Shown here: positions 38,611 to 50,603 of the stretch, in pieces | How positions within the stretch are numbered: position 1 is the stretch's first letter | Layout: each line of letters opens with the position of its first letter | From: Basidioascus undulatus | Lineage: Eukaryota | Direction: 5' to 3' | Assembly: GCA_000826855.1 (NCBI GenBank) | Contig: JTLS01000012.1 | Coordinates: 1 to 52,679 of the forward strand | Length of the DNA stretch: 52,679 nucleotides | Position numbers and translations under genes: made by a program | The notes under the pieces: model-generated | The model's database searches: none | The model's input: only the letters and a program-made list of their open reading frames with translations | Told to the model about the DNA's origin: nothing

Positions 38611-40727
38611 ATGGCGAATTCGATCGTCTCCATACTCGATTCGGACTTGTACAAGGTCCGATACCATCAATAGCCTCAATGCCGTTTGACCTATCGTTGA
38701 ACTTGCGACCGTCGGGGGTTATCACAGTTCACCATGCAGCAGGCGGTGCTGCAACATTTCCCGGACTCGGAGGTACGCGTCGTACTCACGATTAACATGA
38801 ATTTTTGATTCACTCAATCTTGGTCCGGCTGCCAGGTCTCCTACCGCTTCACCAACCGATCTCCGTCGATGAAGTTCAACCAGAAGAGCTTCGATGACAT
38901 CCAAGCCGGAGTCGCGCGTGCGTTCTTCGCACGCTGCTCGTCCGCTAACTTCTGTTTTTGATTTTACGGCCACACCCAAATCTCAGGCCTTGCCTCCCTC
39001 GCTCTCACCCCCGACGAGGAGGCCTTCTTGCGCTCCCTGCCTTACATCACCTCGGAATACGTCGACTTCCTCTCCGCCCTGCGCCTCAACCCTTCCAGCC
39101 AGGTCGACCTTTCGCTCGAGAATGTCGGGCCTGACGGACTCGGAGAACTCCATGTCGGCGTGCGGGGCAAGTGGGTCGAGACGATCCTGTACGAGGTGCA
39201 GTTGATGGCGATCATCAGCGAAGCGTACTTCACCCACGTCGATACCGACTGGAGCTACGAGGGCCAAGAGGGTGAGAGCTCCGTTGTCCTATTCTTCGAA
39301 AGAAGATAGTGCAAGCTCACGCATGGGTTGCGCTGCCGCAGAGCTGGCTCGGCAGAAGGCGAGGGAGCTGATTCAGGGCGGCCTCACTGTCTCCGAGTGA
39401 GCTCTGCAAACCACGTCTCTCTGGCATACCGTTTCTCACTATTATCTCCTTACCCTAGATTTGGCACTCGTCGCCGTCGGTGAGCGAGAACAGCCTCCTC
39501 GACCAACCCGCACGTCTCACCTCCCGTTCCTTCTCATAGCTCGCGCAAGGGACACGAGATCGTGATCCGTGCCATGACGGACGAGGCGAACAAGCTGACA
39601 GCGGAGGGTGCAACCGGCAAGCTGGCGGGGACGTCCAACGTGAGCTTTTTGTGTCCTCTACTCCTTTTTCATTCCCGATCCAGACCTACTCGCTGACGGA
39701 AAGCCATTGTACTACCAGGTGCACTTCGCGCATCTCCTCTCCATCCCTCCCGTGGGAACAGTCGCCCACGAGTGGACGTGCGTTTTCCTCCCGCGCCTCA
39801 ATCAGGAGCACTTTGGTCTGGTTCGGCTCACTGGAGGGCTTACGGGTGCACTGCACAGGATGGGTATCGCCGCGCTCCGCGGCTACCGGCACGCGAACGC
39901 GATCGCGCTCCAGCTCTGGGAGCAGACCTACCCGAACCACCTCCTCATCGCCCTCACCGACACGTTCACGACCAAGCCGTTCTGGGAGGATTTCAAGGCC
40001 GACCCCGAGCGCGTGAAGCGCTGGCAAGGGCTGCGGCAAGATTCTGGCGACCCGACGCGGTTCGCTGAGGATGCGAAGAAGGTTCGCGTGCCGGTTTTCG
40101 AGGGCCTGTGTCACGTCAGGACAGCCAGCTGACAGTTGAGAGGATCTCCCTTGCAGATTTACCAGGAGATCGGGGTGGATACCAAGACGAAGACGATCGT
40201 CTACTCGGACTCTCTGAATACGCAGAGGTGCTTCGAGGTGGGCACCAATGATCTGTCGTTGACCTTTCGGGCAGAAAGCTCACCTCCGAGTCGCCTACAG
40301 CTGCACGATCTCACGGTCAAGCGCGACTTCAACGGTATGGTGGTCCCGCGTTGCTATCTGCATTCACACCTGACCATGCCCCTTTTGCAGCCTCTTTCGG
40401 CGTCGGCACGTTCTTGACTAACGGTGTGTATGCGTCGATAATTGCCTCTCTTATTCGAGACTGACACGTTCTCAATTATCCGGGACCAGACTACAAGAAG
40501 CTCTCCGACCCGTCTGAATCTTCCAAGCCGCTGAACATCGTCATCAAGCTCGCGAGCATCGACGGTCGGGAGTGCATCAAGCTTTCAGACGATCTAACTG
40601 TACGTCTTCCTCGAGCGGAGCAGCTTTTATCCGGCGTAGCTCACGCGAGACGGTTGAACAGAAAACAACGGGCAACCCGGAGGTTGTGAAGAAGGTCAAG
40701 CGGGAGCTCGGCATACCGGACGCTTAA
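38611..40727 (+). CDS. NPT1: Nicotinate phosphoribosyltransferase, multi-exon
   Basis: SILDSDLYKFTMQQAV, YRFTNR, ETILYEV, SEFGTRRRRS, GTSNV, GTVAHEW (phospho-His motif), ALTDTF, GLRQDSGDP, IVYSDSL, FGVGT, KPLNIVIKL and IKLSDD. Stop TAA at 40725-40727. Confidence 0.95.
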
Positions 40728-40759
40728 GGCAATTTTGCCCGGCTATGATACGCTGTTAT

Positions 40760-40884
40760 GATAGAACGATAGAACGATAGAACGATAGAACGATAGAACG
40801 ATAGAACGATAGAACGATAGAATGATAGAACGAGAATGATAGAATGATAGAATGATAGAATGATAGAATGATAGAATGATAGAA
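40760..40884. repeat. Octamer tandem repeat (GATAGAAY) x16
   Basis: 7x GATAGAAC, GATAGAAT, GATAGAAC, one shortened GAGAAT unit, 5x GATAGAAT and a final GATAGAA. Starts 33 nt after the NPT1 stop. Confidence 0.95.
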
Positions 40885-41579
40885 GAGCTGCGCCGCCTTG
40901 TACGACAGCTCAGGACAATATGATGAAGAACGCTCATGATGCCATGCGCAGTGTCCGGGCCAAATTGGCGGGCCGGCCGCCGTGCTCGCCTGAATGTCCC
41001 GCGTCACTTCAAACAGCTTCAAACCCGCTCTCTCAAACCTCATCGTTCCATGTTCTTTGATGTTCTAATATTCTCGACGCAACGTTCGGAATCTTCAGAT
41101 CGTCGCGTACACACCTACGCGCCTTTGCCTTTCCGCTTCCCTTTCCATGCGGGCGCTCCGTTTTTTGTGCCGACTTGATCCATTCTGCTTCAGTGAATTC
41201 AGAGCGTTCTCTTGGTTGCGCAAAGCTCGCGGATCGAGACACGCACGCATGTGCTAGGAATAACGGAAGTCACAGTTTCTGTTCAGCGTTGGTCGTGCTG
41301 CCGCACCAGGGCCCGCTTTTTCACTCCACTTCACCACACGCACCTGCAAACGGCTGTACTCCTTTCAAACCAGATATCCTTTGCTAGTCTACGGCAATCT
41401 GACAGTGAGTGCTTCCACCATCTTCCTACGGCAGGTGGAGGTCCTTAATTAGCGTCCGATGCACGAAATGACGCCAACAGTGTCACTGATCGCCATAAAG
41501 CAACCGCGCTACGCAAGCATCCCGCTTTCGACCTTTACCATCACGTGTCTCTTTCCAACCGTACGAACTTGCCTCTTCA

Positions 41580-42772
41580 TCATTCTCGGCGTATACGTTT
41601 CCAAGGGCGAGAACAACCTCCCGAAGGTTGAGCTGCGCAAGGGCCTGCCTGTGCCCGAGCCTGCCGACGAAGAAGTCTTGGTCCGTAAGGTGGCAGTTGC
41701 GAACAACCCGAAGGTGTGTTCTTCCTCCTGCAGAGAGTTTGTGATCAGACCTTTAAACAATCACTCTCGGCAGGACTGGAAAGTCCCCTTGTGGATTGAC
41801 AGCTGGGAGGGCATCGAAGGCATTATGCGCGACCTCACGACACCGTGCTCAGTGCTGAAGATGTTCGTCACGATACAGGTAACGACATCGCTGGCCATAT
41901 CAGAGCAGTCGGCAAGAATGTGACGGAGTTCAAGAAGGGCGACAAGGTAAATTGCAATATTGTCGCGTGTCATGTCGCTCAGGGAGTGCTGACATCTTTG
42001 CTCGTCCAGGTGGCCGCGTTTACTAAAATAGCTAACGCCCAAAAGGTACAGTCTACTCCTATAACACAGAGCGCCTCCTCGAAAATGAGGAAACCGTTCA
42101 AAAGTATGGCGCGTACGCCGAGCTCACCGTCGCTCCCGCGCACACGACGTTCCCGCTCGGTCCTAAGACGTCGCTCGAGCAAGCGGCGACGCTGCCTCTT
42201 AAGTTCGGGACGGCGGCCATCAGGCTTTCAAGCGCCTCGGTCTTCCTGAGCCCGACGAAAGCGGCGAGCCGAAGACTTCCGGCAAGGATGCCGAGCCGAT
42301 CGTGATCTGAGGCGCCTCCAGCTCAATTGGAGCCTTTGCAGTGCAATTGGCCAAGAAGGCGGGCCCTTCGTATGCGTTGTTGTTCCCTGTCTTCCAGCCC
42401 TTGATTGCGTCCCTGACTCGTGGTGCAATAAGTATCGGCATCGCAGGAGCGTCTGCCGACTACGCTCGTCCTCTCTGCGCCGATGTGGTCATTGACTACC
42501 GCAACACGGCTGATATCGCCGCTGCCATCAAGTCCTCTTCGTCTCGTCCCGTTCGCTACGCGTACGACGCCGTCTCTACGATGCGTCGACCCCAATCCTC
42601 GTGGAAGTGTTCAAGGAGGTGCGTCTTTGTTCGTTTCTCCCTTCCTCAGCATGACAGTCTCGATTACTGATTGCTCTGTGACAATAGAACGGCAGCGCCA
42701 TTATTACGGTCCTTGGACGCCCTGAGGGGAGAAGCCGCGGCGGAGAACGTGCGGGTTGTCCGGAGGGTCTGA
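41580..42772 (+). pseudogene. MDR-superfamily NADPH:quinone/enoyl reductase-like gene, disrupted
   Basis: EVLVRKVAVANNPK-DWK, EG-NDIAG.I.AVGKNVTEFKKGDKVAAF, YGAYAE, EQAATLP, PIVI*GASSSIGAFAVQLAK and VVIDYR. In-frame TGA at 42308-42310 where Trp is expected, a frameshift near 42225, and no clear ATG. Confidence 0.8.
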
Positions 42773-43238
42773 AGAGGCTCCGGGAAGGCTCTGTCAGGGG
42801 AGAGAAGCTCGTCTACAGCATCGCAGACACGGCGGGCTTGGAGGAGGCGAAGTGAGGGCTGAGCTGAAGACGGATGTAGTGCGAATATCGAATGATCAGC
42901 AAACGAGCGCATCTTGATATGCTGGATGCGTGTGGGGGCAAATGCTACTGCGTAAGGGCCTGATGTAGCCTTACGAGCAGGGAAACTCAGCCCATTGCGT
43001 CCACTAAAAACCCATGGACAGAACATAATGTATTCTCAGGATCATGGTATCTCGACGGTCCTTAAGCCAGCGGCGGATCGTGACCATCTTCGATGCCCTG
43101 TCGGTGAGGCGGAGACTGCACTGCCACACACCTCTGCATTCAGGAGTGGCCATTTTTCTCGAAGTCAGCTGTACAGTGTGAGAGTCGATCCATCCTCATC
43201 CCCATTGCGAACATTCGTGGTACATGCAACATGTTTCT

Positions 43239-43602
43239 TCAGCCGAGGTAGACATCCTTGGCCTGCTCCTTGTCGTCGAGAAGAACGTTGGTGCGGTCCT
43301 GTGCCGCAGGCTCATCAGTGCATCCTGTCAATCTTCCTGTTGGGAATGCAACAACTCACGGGATTGAAGTCCAACGTAACGGCCATGCCTTCGTGCAAGA
43401 CTCGCGCAGGTTCGGGAACGTCGGCCTTGGTGAAGACCTTGCGCTGCCCGACGGGCTTAGCGGCCTCAGAGGGCTCGAGCTTCTCGACGAATGTCTTTCC
43501 GACCAGCTTTTAAGAGACAGTTATCAGTAAAAGCTCTCGTGAAATCATGCCGGACAACAAGCTTACAGCGTCCGCAGGTCCACCAGTCCGTGCCGAGGCC
43601 AT
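43239..43602 (-). CDS. Small (80 aa) peptidase-inhibitor I78/potato-inhibitor-like protein; exons 43602-43567, 43506-43360, 43298-43239
   Basis: Splices with GT-AG introns to MASARTGGPADALVGKTFVEKLEPSEAAKPVGQRKVFTKADVPEPARVLHEGMAVTLDFNPDRTNVLLDDKEQAKDVYLG-stop. The LVGK / RV...G..VT.DF.PDR.NV..D....V..G pattern is typical of I78-type inhibitors. Absent from the ORF track. Confidence 0.75.
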
Positions 43603-44520
43603 TGTCACGAAGAGAGCAAGCGGGACGAGGAGGACGGAAGCACGCATTCTGCGTGAATAGGTCGGTTGAGGACTGAGGAGGGGGAAAGGCAGACAAGAGG
43701 GCGGAGACGGAGGAGGGTGGAAGGGGGAACTGTTATGAGTCTGGCAAGGGGCTCTGTTTTGTAGGCGCCCGCCGATGAGTGACGTGGAACTTTCAAGAAG
43801 TGAACGTGCTCAGCAAACATGCGGTGCAACGCAGCAGCCTCATGCTCGCTATTGTGTGGTACAGACCCCCGTAGGCAAAAGTGGAGTACTAGACTTGAGG
43901 ATGGCGTGATCATGCGGTCCCGAACAGGGACACGGCCTCGACGGGAGCGCTAAAGTACTGTAAACGGTCAGGTTGTGCATGACGAAGTTGTTGAACTTGG
44001 CACGGGCTCTTGCAGTTTCCGAACGACCTAGACAGTGGTGTACATGCTCCTTTTTATCAGATTATTCGTCAGGACGCATGTGCAGCGATATCTGGTGACG
44101 ATCGTGATTGCATGGCGACAGCCTTGCTGCGGTCGGACTTCCGAACCTAACGATCACCACTGCAGTAGTTCTCGAGATCCACGCGGTCTTCTTTATGCAC
44201 CAACCATATGCGTGGCGACTGCGCCCGAGAAGGGAGTGCAAGCTTCAGTGTCAACGCAGGCTTCACCGCTTCTACCTAGCGGCCCTGAGTTCTGTTCCTG
44301 ATTTCTCTCAGCAGATCGTCCTGCTGGAAACATTCAGTACCTGTTACCTACCAATTGAATACTTGGTGCTTCTGCTTAGTTGTCGGCACACAAAGTAATG
44401 CCAGGCGTTAACTGCATAAAGTCGCGCTTGTATGGCCTTTCGTAACTTCCAGGCATTGAGACGTGGAAATGCTTGACTGCTGGCTTGTAAGCAGTCAATT
44501 AGATACCACATTTTTATAGG

Positions 44521-45413
44521 TCATATATTGGCAGAAATTTTCCGTCCGAGGGTAACAGTATCCACCCTCGCCCTCCCCCCATCGTCTCCCTCCCACAGCG
44601 ACCCCCTTTCCGCAGCCTGCAACGCCCATTCCTCAAGACAGCGCTCATCGACCGACACCCGGACCACTCTCCCCCCACCCCACCGGCACCTCCCAACCGC
44701 CTCGCGGAGTAAGAACAGGTCGTAGTCAAACGGCGGCTCGGGATGCCTCGCGTGCCCGACGAAAGCGACGTGCTGCAGGGCGCGGAGGCCCCTGCGTGAG
44801 TGGAGGAGGTCAAGCGGATCGAGCCCCGAGGGGCGGTGGGGGGTCGTCCATGGTGCACCGACGAAGTGCGTGAGAGCGGACAAAGAGGTGAGCGGGCGGA
44901 GAAGGGGCTCGGCAGATGCGTCTGGCCACGAAATGCACAGTCGTTTGAGGCGGGGCGGGAGACCCGACAGGCAGGCTAGGGCGGAGGGCGAGGGGTAGAC
45001 GAACTCCTCGAGGTTATGCATGTTGGGAACATGCTCGAGCAGTGGCTTGGGGTCGATCGTTGCGGAGAGGGAGATTGCTCGGATCGTCGGCCCCACAGCG
45101 TGCAGGATGCGGTTCCTCCTCCGGCGGGTTCGGTACAGCGACGAGAAGCGCGCGGATGCGATAGAGATGGGAGTGCAGGGTCCGGTCCAAGCATTTCAGT
45201 TGGTGAAGAGAATATATCGTGATCGAGTCGTGCAATGCGGACTGTGCGACAGCGCGTAGGGACCGGCAGGCGAGCGCGAGGCTGAAGAGCGTCGCGTAAT
45301 CCCGGGCGTAGGCGTGCGGGTGGGTGGGGGAGGATACATGGGCGATGATTTCGTAGAGTACGTCGAGAAGGATACGCATGACTGGGGTGCCAAATGGGGA
45401 GAAAGTCGGTCAT
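44521..45413 (-). pseudogene. F-box-like accessory gene, frameshifted
   Basis: LLDVLYEIIAHV..ATLFSLALACRSLRAVAQSALHDSITI (F-box-like start), continuing in another frame as VGPTIRAISL..LLEHVPNMHNLEEF..LPPRLKRL (LRR-like). Frame changes near 45390 and 45095. Confidence 0.55.
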
Positions 45414-46622
45414 GGTGGGCAGTTTTCTACCGGACTTCGGTCTTGTAGTGGACATGCCCCGCCGCTCCGGTGTCCCCGAAGCCGCTCATCTTCCACAAAG
45501 CATTATCCATCCACTCAATTGAGTGATTCATTTGATCTTAGCTCAAAGTAACTAAAGTGTGTTGCAAGCTCAAAGGGCTCGAAGGAAGCGGGGGCGTGCG
45601 ACGAAACAGGTGTTACAGGTCACGCTCAGGCTGTCACGTGGACTACCGTTCAAATCTGATCGCATGACGGGGGTTCCTTTCTTGTGTAGCGACACGGGGC
45701 CTCTTTTTTCTCTCTGCTACAGCTTGATGTGCTTGAAGTTCATAGCCTGAATCCGGCTTGCATCACGGTCTCGAAATCTGACAAGGTGGAGTCCCAAATC
45801 ACAGCACCCGGAACCACCGGCGGGTGTGTTGAACCCGCAACGAACGAGGGCGTGTTCTTCAATGATGGCGTATACGAGTGTTTTCAAGCGACATCTGTTT
45901 CTTTTTGCACAGTCTCTCACCTTAGTTAAAACGCTCAAATCCACTCCCCAGCCCACAAGTTGGGGACCGGCAGACCGGCGGCAGACCCGCTAGCTCTACC
46001 ATTGTTCAAGCTGTCTTCTGATCTGACTGTTTGAACGCTCAATAGAGAAGTTGAATAAACATACTCAATGAGGGTATTCCGAGAAGCTTGCCTCACGGAG
46101 TCAGCTTCCTGTACGGGCGTTCCGGCTTCGTCGCGCAAATCGCGATTGTCCCCTGCTTGACTTCACTAAACTCCCCCGAGGAGGCTTTCGTTGTGTTATA
46201 TCTCACGGATCACTACTCTGAACTATATCATCCAAAGCTGGTCCCGGCGCTGCTTAGCGACACGGTGAGTAAACGATACCCGCCTTTAGTCACTTCTAGT
46301 AAGCAGCTTCTTGGGTCTTCCATGCTCACACCCTGCTCTTTCAAACGGACATTACATGTGGCTTTCCTCGGGCTAAATGCCCGCCTGCAAGTGTCGTAAG
46401 TTGTTGACGGTAATTGCGGTGAAGTACCGCCCGCGCACTCGCGGACGGTCCAGGGACGAGCCACCTTATCGTGGCTGAGCTCGGCGATAACACTCTCGAA
46501 CCTCCGTCACTCAACATCGGCTAGCTGCTCATGCTCACGCTCTCTCCCTCTCCCCATTCCCATTAGCATTCACTCCTTCAACAACCTGTCTGTATACCCT
46601 TACGCTATTAGCAAGTTTCGAT

Positions 46623-47850
46623 ATGTCTATCAGCGAGAACCTTCACGTCGTCGAGCACCCGGTGCTCAAGCACAAGATGTGAGTGCACGAGCGGGGACGA
46701 GGATCGCGTTACGCTGAGGGAGCATGGGGAAGGACGGAGCGCTTCGTGGGTATCTGAGGGATTTTGAGGTCTACTAAAAGCGTCCGTGGTGTACGAAGCG
46801 CTGCGGGCAGCCAGAGGACGCATCCTCGGAGTCAGAGATAGGGCAGGCATCCTGAACAAGGAAGACCGCCCCCCTACTGACGCTCTCCCCTTCCTTCTAC
46901 TCTATAACGTAGTACCCAGCTTCGCCAGACCTCCACGCCCCCCCCCGAATTCCGCTCGCTTCTCTCCTCAGTCTCCACGATCGTCTGCCTCGCCGCGACG
47001 GCGTCGCTGCCCCTCACATCCGTGCCTGACGTACGCCTGCCTCTTCTCTCACCTTCAACAAAGTAGGGATAGAGATTGAATTTTGGGGAACCCCAGCTCG
47101 AGACGCCCATGACCACCTTCACGGGCGACAAGATCGCCCCGCGCGTCGGGCTCGCGCCCATCCTCCGCGCGGGAAGCGGGATGGCTGACCGTGGGTCTTC
47201 ATCCTCCCGCTTTCCCCTTCTAAAAGAAGTGCTGACATTGAAGACTTGAACAGCCATGCTCGAGCTCATCTCCGACGCGTCCGTAATGCACCTCGGCCTC
47301 TTCCGGTGAGCGCAGCCCTTCCCGCTCGTTTCCCAAGAAGCAGCAGTTGAGGCTTTTGTGTTATCTGTGACATGACGACAGCGAGAAGATATCCCTCCAG
47401 CCCGTCGAGTACTACTCCAAGCTCCCCACAACCCCCACAGTTGACATCGTCTACATCCTCGACCCGCTCATCGCGACGGGCGGCACGGCCATCGCTGCAG
47501 TGGGGATGATTGTGGGTCTCTTCCCTCCCTCTCCTTTAACTGGAAAATGACAAGCGTATGCGAGAAAACAGCTGGAGTGGGGCCTCCCCATCTCCCAAAT
47601 CAAGCTCGTTTCCGTGCTCGGCTCCAAGCCGGGCCTCGAGAGCGTGCTCGCCGCGCACCCGGGCTTGGAGATCTGGGTCGGGGCGGTCGATGAGGTGTTG
47701 TCGGAGAAGGGCTATGTGTGCGTATTCCGAATCTCCTTTGAATGCGGGGGTGAGGGACAAGTTGGCTGATGAGAGGTGAGGTTGCTTTGGCGGAGCAGCG
47801 AGCCGGGTCTGGGCGATGTCGGGGACAGGCTGTATAACCACCGGGCGTGA
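46623..47850 (+). CDS. FUR1: Uracil phosphoribosyltransferase, multi-exon
   Basis: [60 protein letters not shown] loop [36 protein letters not shown]. All traced exons are in frame. Stop TGA at 47848-47850. Confidence 0.92.
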
Positions 47851-48781
47851 AGGGGGGCCTGGAGATCATTCTTCTCAAATATAAATATTCATATAGATTA
47901 CTCAGTGTGCATACACGGCGACTTGGAGCTGTCATTCCCGTTTCAAAGACGCCACAGTCCGAGCTGGCCTGCAACGGCTTGAGAACCATGCGCGCCCCAT
48001 GTTACGCAGTACAGGGTTTCAGGGGCAATGGATTTATCAATATGTGGAGCAAGAAGGAACGCTCAGCGATGCAGTGAGTGGCTGTCTCACTTTTCGTTTG
48101 TTTCGCGAAGCGTTCTGATCTGCCTTCGTATCCACAAACCTGTTGTGGTCCGTGTAAACCATCTCTTTAAACTGGATCACCTACAGTATTTACGGCCCAA
48201 GAACGTGCCCGACCATAGGACAGCATTCTTTGGAAACCATGCGGCAGCAGCTCGGATGCCGAGACTCACAACCCACACTCAACCCACCACCCGCCTAGCA
48301 CCACCCGCCTAGCAAGCGCAATATCAGAACTGATGAGACATACTTCCCAAAGTGATTTTTGTCGAACTCCACAGGAGCATACGCAATATTCTGGCTGTGC
48401 GTAGAGCGGGACAGCGCTGCAGCCAGTCCAGCATCGACAGCCACACAGGCCGTTTGGATTCACGGGAAGGTGCGCTGTCCACATGCTGCATCGTTGCAAA
48501 AATTCTGTTAATACGTCCCCTACTAAGAGCGGTATGTTCAGCCCGAGCTGTCTGTCGCCGTGTCGGCATGTCCGCGGCCGGCGTCCCTGCACTCTGCGTA
48601 CCGTATCACCCTGGTCGCCAACGCTAACACCGATGGCCGTTCCCGAGCCTGAAAGTCCGTCCTTCCCTATAAATCGTCCATTCCGCTATATTTCCAACCT
48701 CCAACGCGCCCAGTATTCTCTCCCTCCTCTCACATTGACCCCCCCCTCCTCCCCCCCTGCCGCCCCCCTGTGACCTCCAGC

Positions 48782-50156
48782 ATGTCCTTCCTTCCCCTAC
48801 GCGCCCGACGCGCTCGACCCCTCGACCTTCCCAGTCAAGTCCACCCAGATTGACGGCCTGCCCTGGACGTGCATGGACGTCCCGCCCCTCAGCGCCGACG
48901 GGCGCAGAGTCTCGAGCACGCGGGTGCGGACACGCCCACGCTGGTGTGCTTCAATGGGTTCCCCTTGTCTTGGTTCGTCCCGACCTTCCTCCTTCCCACA
49001 TCGTGCTCGCCACCTAAGATTTTTGTGTTTTTCCCCCTGTTTAGACTCAACTGGAAGCACCAGCTCGGCCCGTGGGCGCGGCGCGGCTGGCGCGTGCTTG
49101 CGCCTGCGCTGCCGGGCTATGCAGGCACGAGCTGGTCGGAGGCTGAAGGGGGGTATACGTCCGACCTGACGCGCTACGGTCCCAAGGCCGTAGCTGGCGG
49201 CTCCATCGTCGCCCTCCTGGACAAGCTCGGGGTGGAGGGAAAGGTCGTCGTCGTCGGGCATGACTGGGGCGCGGTCTGGGCGTCCCGCTTTGCGCTCGTC
49301 AAGCCGGACCGCGTAAGGGCGCTCGTCACGTACGTACTGTCGTACACCGTGTGATTGAAAATTACAGAATAGGAATGCTGAACTGTGGAAGATTCTGGAG
49401 GGAAACAGGATGAGCGTCCCCTTCTTCCCGCCCAACAAGGTCGCGTACACCCCGCTCGAGGACTACGTCGCCCAGTTCCCCACGAGCAGTACGCCGAGAG
49501 CCAGAACAAGGTGCGTAGAATGATTCCTAGGGCAAACTGTACCGCACCTCGAAGGGAATAGCTGATAGATGGCCCATCGCGTTGCAGCTCTGGCTCTTTC
49601 TCCGCCTGCTCTTCAACACGCAGCCCGCGCCGCCCTCGGCCCTCATCCTCGGCGGCCTGCAGGCGCTCGCGGATGCCGGAACACACGCAAACTTCTCGTG
49701 CGACATCCTCACTCCCCTCGTTTGTCATTCCCTTCTCAACTTCTCAACACCCTCCTTCCAATCCCACTAATGCCTCCTCCTTCCTCATAGGAGCTCCAGC
49801 ACTACCTCGACTCCTACACGCAGTACGGCCTCGGCGGCGCTCTCAACTGGTACGGTCTCTGGCCCGTCCGGTATGCCGACGAGCAGGATCAAGCGATGCT
49901 ATCATCTCTTCCAGCCGACATCCCCCACTTCTATATCCACGGCACGAACGACTGCTTCCTCCCTGCTGCGATGAGCGCGCACATGCACGCCATCGCGGAC
50001 GTGCGCGTGCTGGAGGGCGCGAGCCACTGGGTGACGGACGGGAGGTCCGGGGAGGTGGCGGACTTGTGGCGGACTGGGTGCAGAGGCGTGTGCTGGGAGA
50101 TACGAAGATGCAGAGGGCGGGAAGTGAAAGTGACTCGGCACTGTGTGTGGCTGTAG
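48782..50156 (+). pseudogene. Soluble epoxide hydrolase-like alpha/beta hydrolase, frameshifted
   Basis: TLVCFNGFP (HGFP-like), NWKHQL..GWRVLAP.LPGY, VVVGHDWGA (Asp nucleophile), GALNWY, IHGTNDCFLP and GASHWV (His). Frameshifts near 48796 and 48903, and probably near the 3' end. Confidence 0.75.
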
Positions 50157-50603
50157 GTCAAGGTGTTTTCTTGTGAAGGGGCGGTGAGATCGCTCGATGC
50201 ATGCATGACTTCGTCTTTGGCCATCATCACAAATTGCAGCAGAAAAAAGTGAGCGGCGCGCTTTGGGATTCGTAGGTGCAAAGCCTTAGCTTGGCGGGGA
50301 GACACTTGGAGAGGCCAAGTGAACAGCGTGGTTGTTCAGAATTCCCGGAAGAATCATCATTTGCCTCCATGACGCACAGCTGTCTGATGTGCATTTGCAC
50401 TCTGACGAGAATCACAGTCAACGCTCCTATCTATTTCCTCAACGTGCGAGTTTGAGAGTTCAACGCAGCTGCCCGACCGGCCGGCCGCTAGGAACACCAT
50501 TCTCAAGACAAGCAGCAGCTCGGTACTACGCCGGCCCACTCTAGACCTCCCCTTGCTTGCCCACTGCCGCAGCCCCTTAGCACAGCGAATCAAAAGCTCA
50601 TCA

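Noticed and set aside
40760..40884. Repeat array as CRISPR or telomere
   Set aside because: Contiguous 8-nt units with no spacers, not a TTAGGG-like unit, and internal to a eukaryotic gene region.
42308..42310. In-frame TGA as selenocysteine, readthrough or alternative genetic code
   Set aside because: The same gene has frameshifts and no clear start, and TGA is used as a normal stop in neighbouring genes. A TGG-to-TGA nonsense change is simpler.
20272..50156. Secondary-metabolite gene cluster (oxidase, ALDH, MFS, hydrolases, reductase)
   Set aside because: No PKS, NRPS, terpene synthase or cluster transcription factor in the window, and housekeeping genes are interspersed.
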